Positions 1-7,454 of a DNA stretch of 32,000 bases are shown here, in pieces. The stretch comes from Planctomycetales bacterium. GTDB taxonomy: Bacteria > 4484-113 > JAFGCY01. Made by a program: the position numbers and the translations under genes. Below the pieces are notes generated by a model, which made no database searches, had not been told where the DNA came from, and saw nothing but the letters and a program-made list of their open reading frames with translations. Location of the stretch: contig CP060262.1 of the NCBI GenBank assembly GCA_022646745.1, positions 3,750,001 to 3,782,000 on the forward strand. Direction: 5' to 3'. The first letter of the stretch is position 1. Each line of letters opens with the position of its first letter.

Positions 1-721
1 GCACATGCCAGTTCAGTGTATGTGACCCAAGATACTGATTAACAGTTTGGAAATTATCTTGATAGATATCGGCTTCGCGCAGGTTTACCCCAGTCCCAAT
101 TACGCCTATGATCACACAATCTTCTACTTCTGAATCATGCCGCATGCTGTCTTCACACGTACCCAGCATTTCGTACAACCAGCAATCTGAGGTAGAAAGG
201 TCGCTGTCACCTGCCAGTGATTTTTCAGAAAAGGTTCTTACGGGCTGAGGATCCTGCCACGAGACTAACACTTGATTACGTAACTCCTTATCATTTGACA
301 TGGACATCTGCCGCAACCATTCCGCAAAGTCACGCTCAGATGCAGGCTCACTATCTGCCGTACATAGAACCGTCACATGCACCAGGGCCGATTCCGCGAA
401 GTCAAAATACTCAAAGTCAGCTGTACCAGTCTCGCCGATGTAGATCATATATGCTTCCAGCATCTGCACAAGCAGAACGCATATCCACTCCTGACCGATC
501 GGTTCTCCGTTGGAATACTTTTCCACGAGCTTTACTGTCAAACTGTAAACTTTTTGGAAGATACGAACAAATTTGACGAGACGCTCATGAATTGAGGTTG
601 TAGCATCATACTTTATGGAGTCTAGAATATTTCTGACGACAGCAATCTGTTCTTTGCTGACTTTGCCTTTATTCCGGACGAAATTGATTTCATATGTTCT
701 TGTAACCCAATACATACTCAT
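1..721 (-). CDS. Hypothetical protein, N-terminal 240 codons. The gene continues past the window start. Third gene of the TPR operon.
   Basis: Hand translation of the reverse strand from the ATG at 721 (MSMYWVTRTYEINFVRNKGKVSKEQ...) stays open for 240 codons down to position 1. An AAAGGA motif lies just upstream, and the start is 14 nt after the upstream gene's stop. It is absent from the supplied ORF track because it has no stop inside the window. The plus-strand ORFs 217..576 and 377..595 are antisense shadows of it. Confidence 0.6.
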   Translation of the reverse strand, partial: MSMYWVTRTYEINFVRNKGKVSKEQIAVVRNILDSIKYDATTSIHERLVKFVRIFQKVYSLTVKLVEKYSNGEPIGQEWICVLLVQMLEAYMIYIGETGTADFEYFDFAESALVHVTVLCTADSEPASERDFAEWLRQMSMSNDKELRNQVLVSWQDPQPVRTFSEKSLAGDSDLSTSDCWLYEMLGTCEDSMRHDSEVEDCVIIGVIGTGVNLREADIYQDNFQTVNQYLGSHTLNWHV

Positions 722-735
722 TCCTTTGGAATAAA

Positions 736-1479
736 CTACGGGCAGGTCCACTCGATACGACACTGATTCGGGCTGCTTAAATCGTAATACGGTTTGTCGT
801 CTTCCCACTCCGGATCACTATGAGCGTGACCAACAGCTTTGTACGAATTAATGACTTCGTCTTCCAGATATTTTTCTTCCCCACAAGTGAAATCGAGCGA
901 ACTGCTAATGGAATTCTTCCACAGCCTATCTTTTTCGTCCATAACATAAAACGTCACTTCATAAGGGAATGTCCTTCTGATACAGGGTGTTGAGGGGGTG
1001 CAGATTGCGCATGTGTATGCCTGCCCCGTGCTGAAAGGATCGTGCTTACTAGTTGTTTTGAACCAGGGATATGATCCATCAGTGGGCTTCGGAAGCAGTT
1101 TACCCACAGGGTTTTCTTTTGCATTGACGGGTATAAGCCTGATCTCTGTCAGCACATTATCAATCTGCCCGGAAGAATTCACTGTAAAACGGATTGAGTC
1201 CTTTAGTTCATTAAGTCTTGCCATGAATGCAAACCGGACAAGAACACTGCTGTCATCTTTCACCATAGGTATCACTTTTGCCTGTGGAGTGGATTTTGCA
1301 ATCAGTGTTTCCCTCTCATTGTTCGCATAGTGATGTATTATCACGTTGTAGTGCAAATCTCCGGAAAGTGAGGAATCAAGACCAGCATAATCATTGTCAT
1401 ACAGGTATCGGCAATGACTCATACCATTGTCCGAAGCGAACACTTGAAGTTTCTGATTTGGAATCGATACGATTGTCAT
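736..1479 (-). CDS. Hypothetical protein (247 aa), no recognisable domain
   Basis: ORF from the track. AAGGAG lies 7 nt upstream of the ATG (reverse complement of 1480-1495 = gagctAAGGAGaattg). It starts 16 nt after the stop of the TPR gene, so it is probably co-transcribed. I recognised no motif. Confidence 0.6.
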   Translation of the reverse strand: MTIVSIPNQKLQVFASDNGMSHCRYLYDNDYAGLDSSLSGDLHYNVIIHHYANNERETLIAKSTPQAKVIPMVKDDSSVLVRFAFMARLNELKDSIRFTVNSSGQIDNVLTEIRLIPVNAKENPVGKLLPKPTDGSYPWFKTTSKHDPFSTGQAYTCAICTPSTPCIRRTFPYEVTFYVMDEKDRLWKNSISSSLDFTCGEEKYLEDEVINSYKAVGHAHSDPEWEDDKPYYDLSSPNQCRIEWTCP

Positions 1480-1495
1480 GCAATTCTCCTTAGCT

Positions 1496-3223
1496 CTAAT
1501 ATATCGGAGACTCTTTATCCACGGAATTCCGCTGAGCCTGATTGACTTTTAAATCAGTGAGTTGTCTGTGAAAGTCTAGATCTACCGGTCTTCCCAGGGC
1601 CTCATACAGGGCATCAGCTCTGGCCTGGGAATCCTGCCTGCCATGTTCGTCTCCGGCCCGTTGATGAGCCATTGCCAGCATCACGATTGACCGGCCCTCG
1701 AAGATGTGCTCACCCAGTTCATTGAACAGCTCCGCAGATTGACGCAGTTCGTTGATTGCCAGTCCATGCCGCCTATCAGCTGACAATGCCCAGCCTCGTA
1801 CCTGCAGCAGGTAGGCAAACTCCGTAGGATGCTCCTCGCGATCACAACCTGCTCCCAGCAGCTGCAGTTCCTGCTGCGCTGCTTCGGCCTGACCTTCTTC
1901 CAGCAGCATTACTGCCAGATGTATTTTGACCTGATACATCATTCCCGGCAGGAGTCCCTGCTCCACCAGCCCGAGACATTCCGCATAGCGCGCACGGGCC
2001 AGCTCACGATTACCTGAAAGACGCTCTACGTTGCCAAGGCCTTCAAGAGCAATAATGGAGTTGTTAAACTCCCCCGATTTCCGAGCATGCTCCAGCACCG
2101 CAGTGTACTCGTCTCTCGCCAGCTCCGTTTTTCCCATATCCAACAGCAACTTGCCAAGATACTGACGTGCATTCGTTTCCAGACGCTTGTCCTTCAGGTG
2201 CAATGCGATTGCCAGGGACTGTTCGTACATCCGGCGCGCCTCTGTCAGTTGACCGCTGCGATGGCGCAGGATACCGATGTTTGCCAGGATGGTTGCTTCG
2301 CTGCCCCGCTCACCACATTGACGAAGATCCGCCATCGAACTATTGAATGCAATGATTGCTTCCTGGTTCAGACCAAGAGACATCAAAACGCTGCCTCTGT
2401 CGCCCTTCAGCTTCGCGAGCAACAGGACATCACTTTCCTGCTCAGCTTGCATGATTGCCTGTTGAAGATGTTCGAGTCCTTTTTGTGCGGCTCCTGTATA
2501 AAGCTCTTCGAATGCCTCCAACCTGCTCAGCCTTGCGCTTGTCTCACAGTGCTGAGTTGCCAGATTGCGCCACCGCTCCATTTCAGCTGAACGGCCATAC
2601 TCCAGGTGTCGTAGGGCCACCTCACAGGCAAGTCCATGTGAATTGAAGTCGTCGGAAAGGTCGGCATACATCTGCAGCATCGAAGTTGCGATTGCTGCGT
2701 TCTCTAGATGCAATCCCACTTTGCGCATCGTTGTGACTAGCTGTCCAAGATGTGCCTGACTGTAATGATCCAAATTGCCAGGAGCTATGAGTAGCTGTGG
2801 ATCACTCATCGCTAGCTCTTCCGCCAGCCCTCGTTCAATGCCAAGCAGTCCGGCCAGTTGCTCAGCATCCAGTTCTTCAAGGATTCCGTACTTCGCAATC
2901 AGACCGACCAGCTGAACTGGAGATGCATTTCCATCTCCAAGTTCCAGAATTGCAGGACCCTTCCGTTTTTGTGCCGTGTCCATCCTGCATTCATTAATAC
3001 ATAGGCTGAAATCCAAGTCAACATACGGCAACAGAGAAGTGACAGATTTCTCGACCCATGAGCCATTGCTTTGAGTACATGCACTAACGTGACCCAGGTC
3101 AACTTCCTGAGCGGGCCGGCTCCTTTTCACCGGCACCGCAGTTGGTTCAGTCAGCAACCGGCTGACCGGTTGCAACTTGGCAACAGTGTTTCCCGTACTA
3201 GTGGTAATCGTTAATTTGTGCAT
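1496..3223 (-). CDS. Tetratricopeptide-repeat (TPR) protein, 575 aa, with an unassigned N-terminal ~250 aa
   Basis: The C-terminal ~300 aa consist of repeated ~40-aa helical units with a TPR-like consensus. Examples are ATILANIGILRHRSGQLTEARRMYEQSLAI, ARQYLGKLLLDMGKTELARDEYTAVLEHA and ALEGLGNVERLSGNRELARARYAECLGL. It is the longest ORF over this span, and all plus-strand ORFs here are short shadows. Confidence 0.75.
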   Translation of the reverse strand: MHKLTITTSTGNTVAKLQPVSRLLTEPTAVPVKRSRPAQEVDLGHVSACTQSNGSWVEKSVTSLLPYVDLDFSLCINECRMDTAQKRKGPAILELGDGNASPVQLVGLIAKYGILEELDAEQLAGLLGIERGLAEELAMSDPQLLIAPGNLDHYSQAHLGQLVTTMRKVGLHLENAAIATSMLQMYADLSDDFNSHGLACEVALRHLEYGRSAEMERWRNLATQHCETSARLSRLEAFEELYTGAAQKGLEHLQQAIMQAEQESDVLLLAKLKGDRGSVLMSLGLNQEAIIAFNSSMADLRQCGERGSEATILANIGILRHRSGQLTEARRMYEQSLAIALHLKDKRLETNARQYLGKLLLDMGKTELARDEYTAVLEHARKSGEFNNSIIALEGLGNVERLSGNRELARARYAECLGLVEQGLLPGMMYQVKIHLAVMLLEEGQAEAAQQELQLLGAGCDREEHPTEFAYLLQVRGWALSADRRHGLAINELRQSAELFNELGEHIFEGRSIVMLAMAHQRAGDEHGRQDSQARADALYEALGRPVDLDFHRQLTDLKVNQAQRNSVDKESPIY

Positions 3224-3300
3224 TCCTGCTTCCGCTATTGAAACTGTAGCCAGACTTTCTCAAGGATCCCTCAAGCAGCTTTCCAGATTGCATCAATTCA

Positions 3301-3314
3301 CCAATTGCAATTGG
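3301..3314. promoter_or_regulatory. Perfect 14-bp palindrome CCAATTGCAATTGG in the divergent intergenic region; candidate operator
   Basis: Read directly: the sequence equals its own reverse complement. It lies in the 245-bp gap between the divergently transcribed TPR operon (start 3223) and the diiron/GNAT/b5 operon (start 3469). No binding protein is identified. Confidence 0.3.
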
Positions 3315-3468
3315 GACAAGCAGTAAATTCCGGGGTTGCCAGGCCAACCCTGCTCAATTGACCCGAAGCTGAGATGCTCTTGAGGATTGCTTGATTTGTC
3401 GCGGATAGCCTCTGATCAACGGGCGATTTTTACAATCCACCCGACTACTCAGATTCTGGAGACTGCAA

Positions 3469-4233
3469 ATGCAAGCAATCAAAATCACGCCTGGTGAAGC
3501 ACTGAATGAAGCCGAGGCACAGGAGTTCATACGGCACATTGACAACCGTATCCAGGCGCACCTTGAATCAGTCCTCGAAAGCGAGATGTGGCGTACCCTG
3601 TCAGATCCGAAAACTGACCCAGCTCTGGCGAGGGCCATTTTCCGTGAGGTGCACCTGGAGATCTACTCCTACCAGCCGCATGTCACGGAAGCCAGCTACC
3701 TGTTAATCAGCAAGATGCCCAAGCACGACACCGAACTTATTCGCAACCTGACGCTGCAGGAACTTGACGAGGTTGACCACGGCGAGATGGCGTTGAAGGA
3801 CTACATCGCGCTTGGCGGCGATGAAGAGTTCGCACGAAGTATCCGTCGTACGCCCGCCGCCCTGGCCTTTGATGGCATGTGGTGGGAATTCGCGCGTTCT
3901 GAAAACCCCTTCTGTTACATGGGGGCAATGTATCCCTTTGAGGGGCTTACTCCGGAGTTCAGTGAACGGGCCAAGCGGATCATGCTCGGCACTGGTGCAC
4001 AGGAGGACGAACTGGGGTTTGTAGTGTTCCACGCAGAAGAGGATATCGCGCATGCTGCGCTTGTGCGTAACACCATCAAGCGCGTGGTGATGACATACCC
4101 CGGGGCCGCAGAGCATATCGAATACGGCCTGGAATGCTTCATGCAGTTGTTCCCCCTGCCTATTTGGCAGTTTGCCTATGAACGTGCGCTGGCAATGGCA
4201 GGTCCCGGGCATTCTGCTGCCAGCGCATCCTGA
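3469..4233 (+). CDS. Heme-oxygenase-like fold, iron-containing redox enzyme family protein (putative diiron oxidase/oxygenase; PqqC/TenA/CADD-like)
   Basis: 254-aa ORF with GGAG 7 nt upstream of the ATG. It is all-helical in character and carries DEVDH (ExxH) and HAEEDIAH (HxxxDxxH). These are the type of carboxylate/His pairs that ligate the metal site in heme-oxygenase-like diiron enzymes. The assignment is from motif memory only. Confidence 0.55.
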   Translation: MQAIKITPGEALNEAEAQEFIRHIDNRIQAHLESVLESEMWRTLSDPKTDPALARAIFREVHLEIYSYQPHVTEASYLLISKMPKHDTELIRNLTLQELDEVDHGEMALKDYIALGGDEEFARSIRRTPAALAFDGMWWEFARSENPFCYMGAMYPFEGLTPEFSERAKRIMLGTGAQEDELGFVVFHAEEDIAHAALVRNTIKRVVMTYPGAAEHIEYGLECFMQLFPLPIWQFAYERALAMAGPGHSAASAS

Positions 4234-4264
4234 TCAGTTCTACATCAATGACGAGGAGAGACAC

Positions 4265-4879
4265 ATGTATACAGTAGAACTTGTCACATCAGAAGCACAG
4301 AAATCCGAAGTCTTCCGGCAACGTTACAGGATCTATGTTGAGGAAATGGGTCGACATCAGGTCCATGCGGATCATGTCAGACGCGAAATCAGGGAACCGA
4401 TGGATGAACAAGGTGCAATCTTTGCTGCCTACACTGGAAATGAGTTGTTAGGGTCCCTGCGAGTGAATCTTGCTCGAGATGGTGCACTGGAATGTCCTGA
4501 ACTTTATGACTTTGATCAGTTTGGGAGTGCGTTTCCAGACAAGGTCTCCTTACTCACCAAACTGATGGTGGAACGGAATCACAGATCTACAGTCGTCTTC
4601 AATCTTCTGGCAATCTCTGCATATGAATATGGCCTGAGAAGCGGAATAACACATAACTTCATCAACTGCAACGATCACCTCGTTCGCAGTTTCGAACGTC
4701 TGGGGCACAGGACTTACAAGGGAAAAGTATCTCACCCAGAATATGGCAACGTTACTCCAATGGTGTGTATCGTACATGATCGCGAATACATGGAACAAAT
4801 GCGATCTCCATTGTTGCGAACCCTGGATATGTTCCTTCAGAAGGCTGCACAAACACAACTTAGTCGGGATGCCGTCTGA
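4265..4879 (+). CDS. GNAT-fold N-acyl amino acid synthase / autoinducer-synthase-like acyltransferase (FeeM / exosortase-associated acyltransferase type)
   Basis: The track ORF 4172..4879 overlaps the upstream gene. The internal ATG at 4265 has GAGGAG 6 nt upstream and begins MYTVELVTSEAQKSEVFRQRYRIYVEEMG. This is the F-R-x-R-Y-x-V-Y-x-E-E block typical of N-acyl amino acid synthases and LuxI-like enzymes, followed by G.LRV and a conserved C-terminal core. Confidence 0.6.
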   Translation: MYTVELVTSEAQKSEVFRQRYRIYVEEMGRHQVHADHVRREIREPMDEQGAIFAAYTGNELLGSLRVNLARDGALECPELYDFDQFGSAFPDKVSLLTKLMVERNHRSTVVFNLLAISAYEYGLRSGITHNFINCNDHLVRSFERLGHRTYKGKVSHPEYGNVTPMVCIVHDREYMEQMRSPLLRTLDMFLQKAAQTQLSRDAV

Positions 4880-5187
4880 TGCTCGAAACATGCAAACAGG
4901 CTTCGAACGAGGAACAGCTCAATGAACCTTGTTCGAATCTCCCCTCAATCACACCTGCAGAACTTGAGCTCTGCAATGGACAGACGGGCAAGCCTGCCTG
5001 GATTGCGTTTGAAGGTTACGTCTACGACCTGAGTGCCAGCAGACTGTGGCCAAACGGCAGGCATATGCTGCGCATTTATGCAGGACGAGACCTGACGGGA
5101 CTAATGCAAGATGCTCCGCACCGAAGCGAAATACTAAGGAGGTTCCCCTGCATCGGAAGGCTGGCAACCCTATCTACCAAGAATTGA
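4879..5187 (+). CDS. Cytochrome b5-like heme/steroid-binding domain protein
   Basis: The ATG overlaps the upstream TGA (TGATG, 1-nt overlap), implying translational coupling. The sequence ELELCNGQTGKPAWIAFEGYVYDLSASRLWPNGRHMLRIYAGRDLTGLMQDAPHRSEILRRFPCIGRL fits the bacterial cyt-b5/MAPR-like pattern (NG..G.PA.IA..G.VYD.S.S..W..G.H....AG.DLT.....APH....L...P.IG.L). Confidence 0.7.
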   Translation: MLETCKQASNEEQLNEPCSNLPSITPAELELCNGQTGKPAWIAFEGYVYDLSASRLWPNGRHMLRIYAGRDLTGLMQDAPHRSEILRRFPCIGRLATLSTKN

Positions 5188-5319
5188 TTGGCAATCAATT
5201 GCAACTTACTGAAAGTCATTGCTGGAATGTTTCCACTTAATATACAAGGCACGGTGACATTCAGCTTCCTATTTCGGTAACCCATTTCATTGTAACCAAT
5301 TATGTCAAGGAGCATAAGT

Positions 5320-7356
5320 ATGAGAAGTTACCAACATTCTTTCCTGATTGTCATTATTGCAATATCAATTGCAACTTTGAGTTCGTGCGGTAGCGGAGGA
5401 GCTCAGACAACAAATCCACCCAAGCCCCAGGCGGATACAGCGCCACCTTTGTGGATCAGCTCCAGCAATCTATCGGAGTTGGAAAGGACAGAGGACACCA
5501 TATCGCTCAGTTGGGAACCTGCCAGCGATACCGTTGACAGTCCCGACAGAATCAGTTACAAGGTTTACTACGGTATCGACAGTGAACCTTTCGACGATGA
5601 ATTTCAGGAAACTGGAAAAGGTGCAACAAGCAAAGTCGTCAGTGGACTCAAGGCAGGCACAAAGTACTTCTTTGGTATCAGACCAGTCGACAGCAGTGGC
5701 AACGTCGGGCCGAACTCAACAGTGATTAGTGCATCCACCCTGGCAATCGAATCAGAAGATTCTGAGCCTCCCACCTGGCCAGGATCACCGGGCATTGCAG
5801 ACGTTGAACCGGGAGATGGCAAAGCGGTTCTCACCTGGAATGCGGCAAGTGATAACGTAACATCAGGAAACCGTATTAAATACCGAGTTTTTGTTTCACA
5901 GAGTGATAAGCCTTTTGCATCATCTCCTTTAGAAACTTCTGCAGGAGTTACTACCTGGACGGCCACCAATCTTGAAAATGATGTTACTTACTATTTTTGT
6001 GTGAGAGCCGGGGATGAGGCTGGCAACTGGGAAACAAACACAACAGTGTTGAGTAGCACTCCTACCGGAAAGCCCGTGATTGACGGGGATAGCACTCCTC
6101 CGAGTTGGTCTTCAAATCCAGGCGTGGAAAATCTTGAGCCGCTTGATTCTGCTGTCAAAGTATCATGGAAGAGTGCTTCGGATGATGTTGATTCTTCTGG
6201 CTCACTCGTCTACCGCGTATACTTTGGCAATGACAGCGACCCTTTTGATGATGAATATGTGGAATCACTCCCTGGAGCAAAGTTTCTTACTGTAACCGGG
6301 CTTGACAATGAAGTGGAATACTTCTTTGCTGTTCGAGCGCGTGATACTTCGGGAAACTGGGATGACAATCAACATGTCGTTAGTGCAATTCCGGTCTCAT
6401 CTTCCCAGGGCGATGTTGAGCCACCTGTATGGCAGGGTGCTCCTGGCGTTCAGCTTGTGGAAGCTGGAGATGAGCACATCATGGTGTACTGGAACCCCGC
6501 ACTGGACAATCATGACAATCCTGAAGACATCTGGTATCGGGTTTATTACGATACAGATCCTAATCCCTTTGACCAGGAAATGACTGTAGTCACAGATCTC
6601 AACGTTTTTGAAAAGGGTCTAGGCGGCCTGTCAAATGGAACCACGTACTACATCGGAGTGCGAACCAGGGACCAATCTGGCAACTGGGATGACAATGAAG
6701 TTGTGATGTCATGTACTCCACAGATCAGCCAGTATGAAACCACCCTTACCATTATTGATATCTGTGCTGATGAGTTGACGGACCTGGACCTCTGGGGCAT
6801 CGATGACGAAGATGAGGTGTTTCTGCAGGTTTACTGGCAAGTCAATGGTGAACTTCAGGGCACAATGCGCTGGCCACCTGAAGGTCACTGGAGTTTGCAA
6901 CGTGATGAGTCAGCTTCAAATCACTGTGTCGCTCAGCAGACAACTGACCTTTCGAGAAAGTTCATGGTTCCTAGAAATGGCGAGCTTGTCATCGGAGTAC
7001 AGATTATAGAAGAGGATGACTGGGGCGTGAATGAGTGGAATCAAGTGGTTGGACAACTGATAAAGTTCGTGGATATTCCAGCCCCCTGGCTGGCTACTAT
7101 GAATGACGTGATCAATGCTGCAACAGTGCTAGGTATAGATCTTCATAACAGCAATGATGTCATTGGATCCTTTCAGTTCACCGTCACGAATAATGAAGGC
7201 CACAATGATGCCGTGATTTTTGACGAGAATTTGCATCAGTGTACACTAGCTGAGTGGAAGAGATGGGAAGCTGGTGTCCAGGAGATCCATTACAGGTTTA
7301 ATGGAGACGGATCCATGTACCCAACCTGGTGGAGAATCCAGCAAACTTCTAACTAG
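5320..7356 (+). CDS. Secreted lipoprotein with four fibronectin type III repeats and an unassigned ~215-aa C-terminal domain
   Basis: AAGGAG lies 7 nt upstream of the ATG at 5320 (the track start at 5302 lacks an RBS). There is a signal peptide with lipobox LSSC. Four ~105-aa repeats share PP.W...(S/T)W..ASD.V......Y(R/K)VY.....PFD......Y(F/Y)F.VRA.D.SGNW(D/E).N, an FN3-like pattern. The C-terminal domain (ISQYETTLTIIDICADEL...WWRIQQTSN) is not recognised. Confidence 0.8.
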   Translation: MRSYQHSFLIVIIAISIATLSSCGSGGAQTTNPPKPQADTAPPLWISSSNLSELERTEDTISLSWEPASDTVDSPDRISYKVYYGIDSEPFDDEFQETGKGATSKVVSGLKAGTKYFFGIRPVDSSGNVGPNSTVISASTLAIESEDSEPPTWPGSPGIADVEPGDGKAVLTWNAASDNVTSGNRIKYRVFVSQSDKPFASSPLETSAGVTTWTATNLENDVTYYFCVRAGDEAGNWETNTTVLSSTPTGKPVIDGDSTPPSWSSNPGVENLEPLDSAVKVSWKSASDDVDSSGSLVYRVYFGNDSDPFDDEYVESLPGAKFLTVTGLDNEVEYFFAVRARDTSGNWDDNQHVVSAIPVSSSQGDVEPPVWQGAPGVQLVEAGDEHIMVYWNPALDNHDNPEDIWYRVYYDTDPNPFDQEMTVVTDLNVFEKGLGGLSNGTTYYIGVRTRDQSGNWDDNEVVMSCTPQISQYETTLTIIDICADELTDLDLWGIDDEDEVFLQVYWQVNGELQGTMRWPPEGHWSLQRDESASNHCVAQQTTDLSRKFMVPRNGELVIGVQIIEEDDWGVNEWNQVVGQLIKFVDIPAPWLATMNDVINAATVLGIDLHNSNDVIGSFQFTVTNNEGHNDAVIFDENLHQCTLAEWKRWEAGVQEIHYRFNGDGSMYPTWWRIQQTSN

Positions 7357-7383
7357 CAAATCAGAACTATCTCTGAGCGAGCG

Positions 7384-7418
7384 GGAGGACCAGCAGTTGC
7401 TGGTCCTCCTTTGTTGTT
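7384..7418 (+). terminator. Rho-independent terminator after the FN3 lipoprotein gene
   Basis: An 11-bp perfect GC-rich stem, GGAGGACCAGC (7384-7394) / GCTGGTCCTCC (7399-7409), with loop AGTT. It is followed by TTTGTTGTT (7410-7418) and starts 28 nt after the TAG stop. It lies between convergent genes. Confidence 0.75.
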
Positions 7419-7454
7419 AAGATCTAGTATTCAAAATTCTTAAACAAGTCTTCA

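Noticed and set aside
217-595. Plus-strand ORFs 217..576 (119 aa) and 377..595 (72 aa)
   Set aside because: They lie antisense to an uninterrupted 240-codon minus-strand reading frame that has an RBS and operon context. Their peptides have no recognisable features.
3354-3638. Minus-strand 94-aa ORF spanning the divergent intergenic region and the start of the diiron-enzyme gene
   Set aside because: It overlaps the well-supported plus-strand gene, has no RBS, and gives a Cys/Ser/Arg-rich peptide with no features.
4172-4264. N-terminal 31-codon extension of the GNAT ORF, overlapping the end of the diiron-enzyme gene
   Set aside because: The extension has no ribosome-binding site and overlaps the upstream gene by 62 nt. 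The ATG at 4265 has GAGGAG at ideal spacing, and the conserved family block begins right after it.
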